Shown: piece by piece, positions 25,146 through 35,442 of the stretch | Numbering within the stretch: position 1 is the first letter of the stretch | How the letters are laid out: every line of letters starts with the position of its first letter | Assembly (NCBI GenBank): GCA_947085655.1 | Contig: CAMTXH010000022.1 | Location: 2,556 to 66,555 of the forward strand | Direction of reading: 5' to 3' | From: an uncultured Omnitrophica bacterium | Lineage (GTDB): Bacteria > Omnitrophota > Gorgyraeia > JACQQV01 | Length of the DNA stretch: 64,000 nucleotides | Translations under genes and position numbers: made by a program | The notes under the pieces: generated by a model | Seen by the model: the letters and a program-made list of their open reading frames with translations, nothing else | Told to the model about the DNA's origin: nothing | Database searches by the model: none

Positions 25146-26128
25146 TGAACCACACAGGAGCCCCAGACCACACCGCCGCCGAATGCGACAAGAACAACCA
25201 GATCCCCCTTCTTCACCCGGCCCTCTTCCACCGCTTCACACAGGGCGGTCACTGTGGAAGCGCTAGACATATTTCCGTAACGATCCAGGTTCAGATAAAC
25301 TTTCTCCATCGGGAAATGGAGTCGCTCACTCACCGCCTGAATGATCCGGACATTCGCCTGGTGCGGAATGAGACAGGCGATCTGGTCGGTGGTTAGATGG
25401 CAGTCTTGAAGGACCTTCTCCACCGATTCCGCCATGAGGCGGACGGCAAGTTTGAAAACCTCTCCCCCGTTCATCCGCATATAATGAAGGTCTTCCATCA
25501 ATGTTTTTTGACTGGCGGGAAAACGGGCCCCTCCGCCGGGGACCATCAAAAGTTCCCCATGTTCACCGGCCGAGCCGAGATGGGTGGTGAGGATGCCTCC
25601 TTCCTTCACCGGCGTCAGCACCGCCGCCCCTGCCCCGTCGCCGAATAAAACGCAGGTGGACCGGTCCTTCCAGTTGACGATGGTGGAGAGGGTTTCCGCG
25701 CCGATCACCAGGGCGTTCCGATAGACGCCGGTTGTGACAAACTGTTTTGCCACGGTGACCCCGTGAACAAACCCGGAACAGGCGGCCGACACATCGAAGC
25801 AGGCGGCCCGACGGGCGCCGATTTTATCCTGAACGATGCAACTCGTGGCCGGAAAGGGCATGTCCGGCGTAATGGTGGCCACGATCAATAGTTCAATGTC
25901 TTTGGGATCGATCTTGGCACGCTCGAGCGCCATCTGGGAAGCACGGGCTCCCAGATCGCTTGTCACCATCCCGTCCGATACAATCCTCCGTTCCCGGATG
26001 CCGGTCCGGCTGGTAATCCACTCGTCGGAGGTCTCCACTGTTTTTTCCAAATCCTGGTTGGTTAGGATTTTCTCCGGAAGATACTTCCCAAGCCCCGCAA
26101 AACCGACCCGCTGCCCCCCTGGTTTCAT
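25139..26128 (-). CDS. fabH: 3-oxoacyl-[ACP] synthase III
   Basis: AACSGFVHG (active-site Cys) ... HQANVRI ... GGGVVWGS. Confidence 0.9.
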   Translation of the reverse strand: MKPGGQRVGFAGLGKYLPEKILTNQDLEKTVETSDEWITSRTGIRERRIVSDGMVTSDLGARASQMALERAKIDPKDIELLIVATITPDMPFPATSCIVQDKIGARRAACFDVSAACSGFVHGVTVAKQFVTTGVYRNALVIGAETLSTIVNWKDRSTCVLFGDGAGAAVLTPVKEGGILTTHLGSAGEHGELLMVPGGGARFPASQKTLMEDLHYMRMNGGEVFKLAVRLMAESVEKVLQDCHLTTDQIACLIPHQANVRIIQAVSERLHFPMEKVYLNLDRYGNMSSASTVTALCEAVEEGRVKKGDLVVLVAFGGGVVWGSCVVQW

Positions 26129-26143
26129 TTTCCTCCCTGACTG

Positions 26144-27136
26144 TTACTTGATGATATCGTGGATCTGCTCGTTGATCCGGAACTTGACGAATTTCCCTGC
26201 CACCCGGATCGCATTTTTAATCGCCTTGGCGGAGGAGCCGCCGTGACAGATAATGCAAGTGCCGTTCACTCCCAATAGGGGTGCCCCGCCGTATTCGGTG
26301 TAATCGAGCCGCTTTTTGAGACGGAAAAGACTCGATTTGACAAGGAGTCCCCCCATCCGTATCAGGAATCCCCCCTTCAACAATTCCCGGCGCAAAAGGG
26401 TGTTGGTCGACTCGGCCAGCGACTCGGTCACTTTCAGCACCACATTTCCCACGAATCCGTCGCAAACCATCACATCCACCCGGCCGTTGAAAAGGTCCCT
26501 CCCTTCCACATTTCCGATGAAATTCAACGGACTTTTTTCAAGGAGCTGATGCGTCTCCTTCATGAAATCGGGTCCCTTGGATTCTTCCTCGCCGATGTTG
26601 AGGAGGCCGACCCGCGGATTCTCTTTATGAAGAATATTTTTGGCAAAGGTGGAGCCCATGACTCCGTATTGCAACAGATGCTCCGGTTTGGCGTCGATAT
26701 TGGCACCGATGTCAATCAGAACGGACGTCCCGTTCAGGGTCGGGTAGGCAATGGCGATGCCGGGTCGCGTGATCCCCTCCAACAGTCCCAAAGAAAGGGT
26801 GGCGGCCACCACCGCCGCACCGGTATGCCCGGCACTGACGAGCGCATCCGCCTCTTTTTTCCGGACAAGGTCTACCGCAACCATGATGGAGGAGTCGCGC
26901 TTCTTCCGGACGCTCATGGCCGGGGCCTCCTTCATCCCGACCACCTCCGCCGCATGCCGGATTTCCACCCGGTCCGGGACGTCGCGATGCTTGGAGAGTT
27001 CCTTCCGGAGGAGGTCCTCCCTGCCCACAAGAATCACCCGGATATCCGGAAACTCCTGCGCCGCCCGAACCGCCCCTTCCACCACGACGCGGGGAGCATG
27101 ATCTCCTCCCATCCCATCGAGTGCAACGGTAATCAC
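26144..27136 (-). CDS. plsX: Phosphate acyltransferase PlsX
   Basis: ITVALDGMGGDHAP is the PlsX N-terminal signature. The ORF track extends to 27259, overlapping rpmF. The likely start is the GTG at 27136, just after the rpmF stop. Confidence 0.85.
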   Translation of the reverse strand: MITVALDGMGGDHAPRVVVEGAVRAAQEFPDIRVILVGREDLLRKELSKHRDVPDRVEIRHAAEVVGMKEAPAMSVRKKRDSSIMVAVDLVRKKEADALVSAGHTGAAVVAATLSLGLLEGITRPGIAIAYPTLNGTSVLIDIGANIDAKPEHLLQYGVMGSTFAKNILHKENPRVGLLNIGEEESKGPDFMKETHQLLEKSPLNFIGNVEGRDLFNGRVDVMVCDGFVGNVVLKVTESLAESTNTLLRRELLKGGFLIRMGGLLVKSSLFRLKKRLDYTEYGGAPLLGVNGTCIICHGGSSAKAIKNAIRVAGKFVKFRINEQIHDIIK

Positions 27137-27138
27137 TT

Positions 27139-27354
27139 TCAGACGCTGACCTTCTTTTCCTTCTTTTCCTTCTTTGACTCGCCCATCCGGATGACCTCCC
27201 GGCCGGCATAATAGCCGCACGCCGGGCAGACCCGATGAGGCCTTTTCAGCGATCCGCATTGCGGACAGGGCGTCAGGGAGGAAACAACAATCCGATCGTG
27301 TGTCCTCCGTTTCGCCTGCCGCTGTCTGGAATGTCTTCTTTTTGGTAGTGCCAT
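27139..27354 (-). CDS. rpmF: 50S ribosomal protein L32
   Basis: MALPKRRHSRQRQAKRRTHD...CPQCGSLKRPHRVCPACGYY. Confidence 0.85.
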   Translation of the reverse strand: MALPKRRHSRQRQAKRRTHDRIVVSSLTPCPQCGSLKRPHRVCPACGYYAGREVIRMGESKKEKKEKKVSV

Positions 27355-27365
27355 CTTAAGACTCC

Positions 27366-27767
27366 CTAATGACCGCACACCCCTTCATTCAGATTCTGTC
27401 CGCACACCGAACAGATTCCCTTGCAATCTTCCCGGCAAAGAGGTTTCATCGGATACTCCAGAAGCACCTCCTGCCGGATGTCATCCGTCATATCCACGAC
27501 CTTCTCCTTCCCCACCGGGACCGATACTTCCCCTTCCTTCTGCAACGTTAATTCGTAAGACCGGAGACAGCGGCTGCAGACAAACTCGATCCGGCAGGAG
27601 AGGGAAAAATGGAACAAAAGATTCTGCTCGTCGAGAAAGAGACGGTAAGAAAGGGAAAGGGGCGAAACGACCTTTGCCTCTCCCGTATTCAGCTCATAGG
27701 GCTCGGGGCTCACTTCCTCGCTCGAGACAAGCCCGGTCTCCGGAATCTCACGAAGATAGATTTTCAT
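27366..27767 (-). CDS. YceD/DUF177 family protein (large-subunit rRNA accumulation protein)
   Basis: 133 aa with a C-terminal CxxC...CxxC cluster. It is in the conserved position upstream of rpmF-plsX. Confidence 0.7.
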   Translation of the reverse strand: MKIYLREIPETGLVSSEEVSPEPYELNTGEAKVVSPLSLSYRLFLDEQNLLFHFSLSCRIEFVCSRCLRSYELTLQKEGEVSVPVGKEKVVDMTDDIRQEVLLEYPMKPLCREDCKGICSVCGQNLNEGVCGH

Positions 27768-28254
27768 GTCCGGTGGTCTTGCGAAGTTTTTCCTTCAACC
27801 GTTCTTCGACGAAGGAAGGGATAAAGTCCGATAGTTTCGCTCCCAACGCCGCCGCCTCTTTGATGAGGCGCGAAGAAAGATACGCATAATTTTCAGACGG
27901 CATCAAAAAAATCGTTTCGATGTCGGCATTCAGCTTCCGGTTGGTGAGGGCCATCTGGGATTCATATTCAAAATCGGAAATCATCCGGAGTCCCCGGATG
28001 ACGACGGAGGCCTCTTTTTTCTGGACATAATCAACCACCAACCCGTCGAACGTTTCCACTTCGACCCCTTTGAGCGAACGGGTCGCTTCCTTCAGCATCG
28101 CCATCCGCTCGGAGGGCGTAAAAAGAGAATCTTTTCCGACGTTCCGGGCAACCGCGACCGTGAGCGTGTCAAAGATCCGAAGGGCCCGTTCGATCAGGTC
28201 CAGATGCCCGTAAGTCACAGGGTCAAAACTTCCCGGATAGACCGCACGTTTCAC
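27748..28254 (-). CDS. coaD: Phosphopantetheine adenylyltransferase
   Basis: AVYPGSFDPVTYGHLDLIERA (HxGH nucleotidyltransferase motif). Confidence 0.9.
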   Translation of the reverse strand: MKRAVYPGSFDPVTYGHLDLIERALRIFDTLTVAVARNVGKDSLFTPSERMAMLKEATRSLKGVEVETFDGLVVDYVQKKEASVVIRGLRMISDFEYESQMALTNRKLNADIETIFLMPSENYAYLSSRLIKEAAALGAKLSDFIPSFVEERLKEKLRKTTGHENLSS

Positions 28255-28263
28255 AACTCACCC

Positions 28264-28833
28264 TCATTCCGTAACCGATGTCTTCATTTGATAAAAAGAA
28301 AGGGATGTCTCCCCGTACCGCTTTTGCCGCCAGATGCTCAAGCACCCGATTTGAGGCGGCAAGGACTCTTTTCGGGGATGCCGAACGACCAGAATTGCGT
28401 TTCGGGTTAGTATATCACACTCCCCTATCCTCCGCAAGCATTTTGTTGTAACTTCTTTAAAATAAGGGGGATCCATGAATATCAGGTCAAACCGCTCCTT
28501 CTTTTTGGACAATTCCGAAAGGACTTTCAGGGCATTCTCATTCAGACAGACGGTTCGCCTTTCCCCTTTCAGTTTCAACAGGTTCTCCTTCAAGCAGTTG
28601 AGACACTTGGCGTCCCACTCGACAAAAGAGGCCTCTTTCGCGCCGCGGGAGAGTGCTTCGATACCGAGAGAACCGCTCCCGGCAAAAAGATCGAGTACCC
28701 GGCCTCCCTGAACAGAGGGACCGAGGATGTCAAACATCGACTTCTTCACCCTCTGCTGAGTCGGCCGGGAGCAAGCCGGATCCGGCACCTTCAATGTCAT
28801 CCCCCGCCATCTCCCGGCAATGACCTTGTTCAT
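28264..28833 (-). CDS. rsmD: 16S rRNA (guanine966-N2)-methyltransferase RsmD
   Basis: IAGRWRGMTLKVPD...RPTQQRVKKSMFDIL...LDLFAGSGSLGIEALSRGA...IFMDPPY. The likely start is MNKVIAG. Confidence 0.8.
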   Translation of the reverse strand: MNKVIAGRWRGMTLKVPDPACSRPTQQRVKKSMFDILGPSVQGGRVLDLFAGSGSLGIEALSRGAKEASFVEWDAKCLNCLKENLLKLKGERRTVCLNENALKVLSELSKKKERFDLIFMDPPYFKEVTTKCLRRIGECDILTRNAILVVRHPRKESLPPQIGCLSIWRQKRYGETSLSFYQMKTSVTE

Positions 28834-30956
28834 GCAGTGGCAATCCATTCGGAGGCTTCTTTGAACGTCTCGATGAATTTCATCCGGAGGACCCGATGGG
28901 CCGGATCGGAGAGAACAGGATCCTTTTCCAGAAGGCGGGTCGCCTCTTCTTTAGTCATTTCCAAAAGCCGGCGGTCACGGATGATGTTTCCGATTTTGAG
29001 TTCCGGGAGGCCGTGTTGCCGCTTCCCGAAGAATTCCCCCGGGCCTCGGAGGAGGAGGTCTTCCTCCGCAATCTCGAAACCGTCCTGTGTCCGGGAGAAA
29101 ACCAAAAGGCGTTTTCGCGCCTCCTCCGTCTTCGGTGTGGAGATGACGAAACAGGTGGAGCGGTGACTCCCCCGCCCGATCCGTCCGCGGAGTTGGTGGA
29201 GTTGGCTCAACCCAAAACGCTCCCCATGTTCGATCACCATGACCGTCGCATTCGGCACATCAATGCCGACCTCCACCACAATCGTGGAAACCAAAAGGGA
29301 AATCGACCCGTTCCGGAACTTCCGCATTAACATCTCTTTTTCGTCCGGTTTCATCCTCCCGTGCAGAAGACCGATCCGAAATTCGGGAAAGACATCCCGG
29401 AGATGCTCTGCCATCTCGGTCGCCGCCAAAAGATCGAGCCGTTCCGATTCTTCCACCAAGGGATAGACAACGTAGACCTGCCGGCCCTCGCGCAGTTGCT
29501 CCCGGAGAAACGCGTACACCTCCTCCCGCTTCTCCTCCTCCACCCATTGGGTCTCAACCGGCGAACGCCCCGGTGGCATCTCATCCAGAACCGAGACATC
29601 CAAATCTCCGTAAAGGGTGAGGGCCAGCGTTCTTGGAATCGGTGTCGCTGTCAAAACCAACACATCCGGATTCTCACCCTTCTGGCGAAGCCGGGCCCGC
29701 TGGACCACCCCGAATTTATGCTGCTCATCGATCACCGCGATGCCCAACTCCTTGAAACGGACCTTCTCCTCAATCAGGGCGTGCGTCCCAATCACCATGT
29801 CGAACCGCCCCTTTTCAATCTCCCGAAGGGTCCGCCGGTGTTCGGGAACGGAAAGCCCGCCGGTCAAATGACCCACCCGGATTCCGAGAGGCGCAAGAAT
29901 TTCTTTCAGGCGAAGGGTATGTTGTTCCGCCAGAATCTCAGTGGGAACCATCAGAGCCGCCTGATGCCCGTTTTTCACCGCCAGAATCATTGCGTAAAGG
30001 ACAACAAGGGTCTTGCCGGAACCGACATCCCCCTGCAACAGGCGATTCATCGGGACCGGCCCCTCCAGATCGCGGCGGATCTCCTCCATCACGCGGCGCT
30101 GGGCCCGGGTCAACGAGAAGGGAAAAAGATGCTCGAACGCCTCAAGGGGATAGCCGTTTCCCTGAACAGGCCTTTTTTTGGGAACGGCCCGGTTTTGTGT
30201 CCGTCGGAAGGCAACGCTCAAACCAAAAAGAAAGAACTCGTTGAAAACCAGTTTCCGCCGCGCGTCTTCCGTCTCCTCCAGGAGTTTCGGAAAATGAATT
30301 TTCCGGATCGCCTCCCGAAGCGGAAGGAGCCGATGGCGGTTTTGAATCGCTTCCGGAAGAGGATCCGCCATCCACCCCGCATACTGTTTCACCGCCTCGT
30401 ACAGAACCGTTCTCAATCCGCGCTGTGAAATGTCGGCGGTGAGAGGATAAATCGGGACGATCCGTCCCACATGCAAAAAGGAACTGGCCTGGTCCCCTTC
30501 TTCGACCCTTTCGTGTTCTGGTTGCGTCATCTGCAGCCCTTGAAAAGATTCCACCTTTCCATGGAGAATCACTTTTTGTCCCGCCGAAAAAAAATGTTTG
30601 AGATAGGGCTGGTGAAACCAAACCCCCTTCAAAGTCCCGGTCCCGTCCCCAAATACCACCTCCACCAGGGAAATGCCGCGCCTTTGACTCTTCCGCTCCG
30701 CGACGGTCAGAACCGCGCCGATCGTGGTCTGAACTTCACCCACCTTTAACGAGCCGATCGTTCCAAGCCGGGAGCGGTCCTCATAACGGCGGGGGAGCAT
30801 CATCAGAAGATCCGCAATCGTTTCAATCCCGAGACGGGAAAGGAGAGCCGCCCGCTTGGGTCCGACCCCTTTCAGGTACCGGACCGGAATCCGGTGGGGC
30901 TCTTTTTTCACTTGAAGTCGTCCCTGGAATGTGATAGACTTTTGCAACATGATCAT
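28830..30956 (-). CDS. recG: ATP-dependent DNA helicase RecG
   Basis: 708 aa. Wedge-domain N-terminus, helicase motifs GDVGSGKTLVV and VIDEQHKFGV, and a C-terminal helicase domain. Confidence 0.9.
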   Translation of the reverse strand: MIMLQKSITFQGRLQVKKEPHRIPVRYLKGVGPKRAALLSRLGIETIADLLMMLPRRYEDRSRLGTIGSLKVGEVQTTIGAVLTVAERKSQRRGISLVEVVFGDGTGTLKGVWFHQPYLKHFFSAGQKVILHGKVESFQGLQMTQPEHERVEEGDQASSFLHVGRIVPIYPLTADISQRGLRTVLYEAVKQYAGWMADPLPEAIQNRHRLLPLREAIRKIHFPKLLEETEDARRKLVFNEFFLFGLSVAFRRTQNRAVPKKRPVQGNGYPLEAFEHLFPFSLTRAQRRVMEEIRRDLEGPVPMNRLLQGDVGSGKTLVVLYAMILAVKNGHQAALMVPTEILAEQHTLRLKEILAPLGIRVGHLTGGLSVPEHRRTLREIEKGRFDMVIGTHALIEEKVRFKELGIAVIDEQHKFGVVQRARLRQKGENPDVLVLTATPIPRTLALTLYGDLDVSVLDEMPPGRSPVETQWVEEEKREEVYAFLREQLREGRQVYVVYPLVEESERLDLLAATEMAEHLRDVFPEFRIGLLHGRMKPDEKEMLMRKFRNGSISLLVSTIVVEVGIDVPNATVMVIEHGERFGLSQLHQLRGRIGRGSHRSTCFVISTPKTEEARKRLLVFSRTQDGFEIAEEDLLLRGPGEFFGKRQHGLPELKIGNIIRDRRLLEMTKEEATRLLEKDPVLSDPAHRVLRMKFIETFKEASEWIATA

Positions 30957-30994
30957 TCTATCCTATTATATCTCAACCGAAAGCGTAACTTAAG

Positions 30995-31246
30995 ATGCCA
31001 TACGTCTGCGAAATCTGCGGAAAAGGTCCTGTTGCGGGAAGAGCGATTGCCCGAAAGGGTCTGGCCAAGAAAAAAGGGGGGGTCGGCAAAAAGGTGACCG
31101 GAATTTCCCCGCGCCGTTTCCTCCCAAATCTTCAGAAGATTCGGGCCGATCTCCATGGTGTTCGAAAGACCCTCCGTATCTGCACGAAGTGCCTGAAGGC
31201 GGGCAAAGTTCAGAGGGCGAGCTTCAATCTGAAGCAGGCGGTTTAG
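30995..31246 (+). CDS. rpmB: 50S ribosomal protein L28
   Basis: MPYVCEICGKGPVAGRAIARKG...; small and basic, L28 N-terminal pattern. Confidence 0.85.
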   Translation: MPYVCEICGKGPVAGRAIARKGLAKKKGGVGKKVTGISPRRFLPNLQKIRADLHGVRKTLRICTKCLKAGKVQRASFNLKQAV

Positions 31247-32978
31247 AGGTCGAAAAGTCCTTCACCCGAAGCAGGATTCCTTTCCCGGTTCCCTCCGTCT
31301 GAATGACCGGCTGATAAACAAAATCGAGCGGCTCTCCCAGAAAAGGTTTCATCTCTTTTGCCAGTGTTGCCGGCAAAGATCCTAAAAGGACGGGACCTTT
31401 TTCCTGTCTCAGTTCCACACGGCATTCCTTTTCCTTCTGTGAGAGGTATTTGACCGCAACTCGCCGGGAAAGGAAAAGGGGGTCCGGGTTTCCGGTCCCG
31501 AACGGCTCAAGCTGTAAGAGCTCCTCCAAAAGATTGAGCGTGAGGGTCTCGAGCGGAATTTCCATATCCACGGAAAGAATCGGAACCAGATCTTCCCCGT
31601 CGAGTATTTGGGAGGCGATCCGGTTGAGAGATTCCCGGAACGGTTGGATCTCTTTCTTCCGGAGGGTCAGCCCGCAGGCGAAGGGATGGCCGCCGAATTC
31701 CTCCAGGTGCTTCCGACACCGGTCAAAAACGGCAGGGAGCGGAAACCCCTGGATGGAACGGGCGGAGCCGCGGCCGAGTTCGCCCGAAACCGCAATGACG
31801 ACGGTGGGACGGTAAAACCGGTTCAGAATCCGGGAGGCCACAATGCCGACCACGCCGGGATGCCATTTCGTATCTTCCAGAACGATGACCCGGTCGTTTT
31901 TGAAATTCACCTCCCGATCCACTTTCTGGAAGGCCTCTTTCAGCATCTGTCTTTCAATCCGGCGCCGCGTCTGATTCCCCTCCTCCAGTTGCCGGGCCAG
32001 CTCCTCCGCTTCCTCATCATCGTCCGTGAGAAGAAGTTTGAGGGCCGTCTCCGCCGAACCGAGCCGGCCGGAGGCATTGATCCTCGGGCTCACCGTAAAG
32101 ATGACGTCCCTCGGGGAAAGACTGTTTTTTCTGACCCGTCCCATCGCCAAAAGACGCCGCAGCCCCGGTTTCTTCCTACGCTCAAGCCGCTTCAATCCGT
32201 GATAGACGATGATCCGGTTTTCCCCGATCATCGGCACCACATCCGCAAGGGTTCCGATCGCAGCCAGATCCAGATGTTCCTGGACCCCTTCATTTTTTTC
32301 GGGAAAAAGGGCCTGCGTGATGCCGGCGGCCAATTTGTAGGAAACCCCCACTCCGGAAAGGTGCGGAAAGGGATAGCGGCATCCCTCTTGAAGAGGATTG
32401 ATGACTGCGTAGGCCTTCGGCAGTTCTTTTTTCGGAGGATGATGGTCGGTGAGGATGACATCCACGCCGAGACGTCCGAGATGATCCACCGCCCGATGCC
32501 CGGCAATCCCGGTGTCGACGCTGATCACGACATGGACGTCCTGCCGCCGGGCCTCGGTGAGAAAAGTAGTGTTCAGACCGTAACCGTCCTGCAGCCGGTT
32601 GGGAATATGATAAAGCGTCCGGAAACCGAGAGACCGGAACGTCCGAACCAAAAGAGAGGTCCCGGTGACACCATCTACATCGTAATCTCCCCAGACTAAA
32701 ACCGTCTCCCCATTTTTATGGGCGCGTCTCAACCGGGAGACCGCCTTATCCATATCCTTCATCAAAAAAGGATCCGGAGAAGCACCCAAATCGTGCGAGA
32801 GAAAAACACGGGCTTCCTCGGCGCTCCGGACACCCCGGTGAAGCAAAAGTTGAGCCGTCACAGGGTGGATATGGAGTGTTTCCTCAAGCTCTTTTCGTAA
32901 AAGCGGATCTGGAATTTTCAATTCCCACCGGCGGATCATGGCGTCGTAGGATTCATTTCGGACGGTGGCTCCAGGCAA
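31224..32978 (-). CDS. recJ: Single-stranded-DNA-specific exonuclease RecJ
   Basis: DHH motifs (VWGDYDVDGVTG, ILTDHHPP) and DHHA1 C-terminal region. Confidence 0.9.
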   Translation of the reverse strand: MPGATVRNESYDAMIRRWELKIPDPLLRKELEETLHIHPVTAQLLLHRGVRSAEEARVFLSHDLGASPDPFLMKDMDKAVSRLRRAHKNGETVLVWGDYDVDGVTGTSLLVRTFRSLGFRTLYHIPNRLQDGYGLNTTFLTEARRQDVHVVISVDTGIAGHRAVDHLGRLGVDVILTDHHPPKKELPKAYAVINPLQEGCRYPFPHLSGVGVSYKLAAGITQALFPEKNEGVQEHLDLAAIGTLADVVPMIGENRIIVYHGLKRLERRKKPGLRRLLAMGRVRKNSLSPRDVIFTVSPRINASGRLGSAETALKLLLTDDDEEAEELARQLEEGNQTRRRIERQMLKEAFQKVDREVNFKNDRVIVLEDTKWHPGVVGIVASRILNRFYRPTVVIAVSGELGRGSARSIQGFPLPAVFDRCRKHLEEFGGHPFACGLTLRKKEIQPFRESLNRIASQILDGEDLVPILSVDMEIPLETLTLNLLEELLQLEPFGTGNPDPLFLSRRVAVKYLSQKEKECRVELRQEKGPVLLGSLPATLAKEMKPFLGEPLDFVYQPVIQTEGTGKGILLRVKDFSTSKPPASD

Positions 32979-35121
32979 TCACAAGAGGGGTCGCGATATA
33001 GACGGTGGAATAAACACCGGAGAGGAATCCGACCAAAAGACTGAATGCAAAGGCGTTCATCACATGACCTCCGAAAAGAAGAAGGGCCACCACGGCCAAA
33101 AGGGCCGTCAAGGTGGTGAGAAGGGTCCGGGAGAGCGTCTGGTTGACGCTCGCGTTGACAATTTCGGTCAGGGTTGCCTTCCGCTCGGTCCTGAGTTTTT
33201 CCCGGATCCGATCGTAAATGACGATGGTATCGTTGATGGAATATCCTGCAATCGCCAGAATCGCCGCCAGCACCGTCAAATCGACAGCGCGATGGGTCAC
33301 CGCCAAAAAGCCGAGGGTGAACAGCACGTCGTGAAAAAGGGCCACAATACCGGCTGCGGCAAAGGCGACATTCTGAAACCGGACCCACACATAAATCAAA
33401 ATACCGGCCAGCGCATACAAAAGGGCAAGCGTGGCCTGCCGACGGAGCAGTTTTCCGACGGAAGGTCCCACCTTCTCAATTCGGCGGATGTCAAAGGGGT
33501 TATCCGGAAAATCCTTCTTGAATTGCGCCGCCACTATGTCCGCCGTCTCCCCGGCGGTCTTGACCAGAATCAACCGGTCTTCCTGAAAGTGCTGGAGATC
33601 GGCATCCGCAATCCCTCCCGCACGGAGCGACCCCCGGACCGTCTCAATGGGAATGTCTCTCTCAAACTGGTATTCCTGAATTTGACCCCCCGAAAAATCG
33701 ATTCCGTAGGCCTTCTCCCCCAGACTGAAAAAATAGACCATCCCCCCGATGATGCAAAAGAGGGAAAGGGCATAACAGAATTTCCGCTTTCCAATGAAGT
33801 CAATCCGGGTGGGGCGGATCAGTTGAAGCATCCGGAAAGAAGTGAGCCACTTCCACTGGAGGAGGGTATCGAAAATAACGCGTGTCACAAAAATGGCGGT
33901 GAACATGCTCGCCAGAATCCCTAAAGTCAGCGTCACGCCGAAGCCGCGGATCGGCCCGGAGCCGAACCAGAAAAGAAGGGCGGCTGCGATGAGCGTCGTG
34001 ACATTCGCATCCAGAATGGCGCTGAACGCCTTGTGATAGCCGGCGTGAAGCGCACTCCGGAGAGATTTTCCTTCGCGAAATTCCTCTCGGATCCGCTCGT
34101 AAATGAGCACATTGGCATCCACCGCCATCCCGACGGTCAGGATCATGCCTGCAATACCGGGAAGCGTCAGCGTCGCCTGAAGAAAAGCAAGGCCCGAGAG
34201 AATCAAAAGGAAATTGAAGAGGACTGCGAAACCCGCCACGAGTCCCGCAAAAAGATAATAGATCGACATAAAGACAAAGACGAGTCCTCCTCCGAGAAGA
34301 GACGCCCGGATTCCGGCTTCAATCGAATCTTTCCCAAGGAGGGGTCCCACCGTTCTCTCCTCTTCAATAACAAGGGGCGCCGGTAAGGCGCCTGCGCGCA
34401 GCACAATGGCCAAATCGGTTGCCTCCTCAACGCCGAAACGGCCCGTAATCTGGGCCCGGCCCGAAGGGATCCGCTCCTGAATCACCGGGGCCGACTGAAC
34501 CCTTCCGTCCAACACAATCGCAAGCCGTCTTCCGACGTTATCCCGGGTGATGCGTGAAAATTGCCGGGCTCCCTCCGCATTCAACTCCAAAGAGACGTAC
34601 GGCTCGTTGAAGCGGGTCTGGTCGAATGAGACACTGGCGGTCACAAGGGCATCCCCTGTGAGGGAGGGCTGTTTTTCAAGGAGAAGCTCCTCCCGCTCGT
34701 AAGGAACGGCCTCGTATTGTTCCGAAAGTTCCCCTCCCTTCAGCCGTTTCAAAAGTTCCGGATCCTCCGAAACAAGCCGGAACTCAAGGCGGGCGGTTCT
34801 TCCGATCAGGTCCAGGGCGCGCCTCCGGTCGGTGATGCCCGGCAGTTGAATCACAATGTCTTCCTTTCCCTGCCGGTGAATCACTGGTTCCCGGACCCCG
34901 AACTGGTCGATCCGGTTCCGGATAATTTCCAGGGCGCGCTCCGTGGCACCCTCCGCCTGATCAGGGGTGAGCCCGGAGGTATCCACCCGAAGGATCAGAT
35001 GCATCCCTCCCTGCAGGTCGAGTCCCAGATTAATCCGTTTCTTGGGCGGAATGATGCTGAGGACGGCTCCGGCGAGAATCAAAACGATGAGCAGTAGTTT
35101 CCATTGAAGGCGTCTATCCAT
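32953..35121 (-). CDS. secDF: Protein translocase subunit SecDF (fused)
   Basis: 722 aa with a large periplasmic domain and two 6-TM blocks characteristic of SecD and SecF. Confidence 0.85.
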   Translation of the reverse strand: MDRRLQWKLLLIVLILAGAVLSIIPPKKRINLGLDLQGGMHLILRVDTSGLTPDQAEGATERALEIIRNRIDQFGVREPVIHRQGKEDIVIQLPGITDRRRALDLIGRTARLEFRLVSEDPELLKRLKGGELSEQYEAVPYEREELLLEKQPSLTGDALVTASVSFDQTRFNEPYVSLELNAEGARQFSRITRDNVGRRLAIVLDGRVQSAPVIQERIPSGRAQITGRFGVEEATDLAIVLRAGALPAPLVIEEERTVGPLLGKDSIEAGIRASLLGGGLVFVFMSIYYLFAGLVAGFAVLFNFLLILSGLAFLQATLTLPGIAGMILTVGMAVDANVLIYERIREEFREGKSLRSALHAGYHKAFSAILDANVTTLIAAALLFWFGSGPIRGFGVTLTLGILASMFTAIFVTRVIFDTLLQWKWLTSFRMLQLIRPTRIDFIGKRKFCYALSLFCIIGGMVYFFSLGEKAYGIDFSGGQIQEYQFERDIPIETVRGSLRAGGIADADLQHFQEDRLILVKTAGETADIVAAQFKKDFPDNPFDIRRIEKVGPSVGKLLRRQATLALLYALAGILIYVWVRFQNVAFAAAGIVALFHDVLFTLGFLAVTHRAVDLTVLAAILAIAGYSINDTIVIYDRIREKLRTERKATLTEIVNASVNQTLSRTLLTTLTALLAVVALLLFGGHVMNAFAFSLLVGFLSGVYSTVYIATPLVIAWSHRPK

Positions 35122-35124
35122 CGG

Positions 35125-35442
35125 CTACTCCTCCTCCGGGCCATGCGATTTCTCAAGGCGGGCGATGGCATTCCGTTCGACTTCCACCTTGACATCTTCC
35201 GCGATCCTCAAAAGGACGCTTTTCTCCTTCAGCCCGACGACGGTTCCGTGAAGTCCGCCCCCGGTGACCACTTCGTCGTTTTTCTTGAGGTTTTGAATCA
35301 TTTTATCATGTTCACTCTGGCGTTTCCGCTGCGGGCGGATCAAAATAAAGTAAAAAATCAGGAACATCAGGATAATCGGAAAGAAGGAAAGAACGGCAGG
35401 CGGTTCCTGCCGGGCCTGCGCAAGCAGAATCAAACTCTTCAT
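35125..35442 (-). CDS. yajC: Preprotein translocase subunit YajC
   Basis: 105 aa, single TM, LIRPQRKRQSEHDKMIQNLKKNDEVVTGGGLHGTV. Confidence 0.8.
   Translation of the reverse strand: MKSLILLAQARQEPPAVLSFFPIILMFLIFYFILIRPQRKRQSEHDKMIQNLKKNDEVVTGGGLHGTVVGLKEKSVLLRIAEDVKVEVERNAIARLEKSHGPEEE

Noticed and set aside
26549-27211. 220-aa plus-strand and 165-aa minus-strand ORFs overlapping plsX
   Set aside because: They are alternative-frame artefacts of a GC-rich region. plsX and rpmF in the correct frames carry family signatures.
29361-30428. 355-aa plus-strand ORF
   Set aside because: It is antisense to recG.
32965-33924. 319-aa plus-strand ORF and a 150-aa minus-strand ORF (32936-33388)
   Set aside because: These are antisense or alternate-frame ORFs within secDF, which has a coherent 12-TM topology in its own frame.
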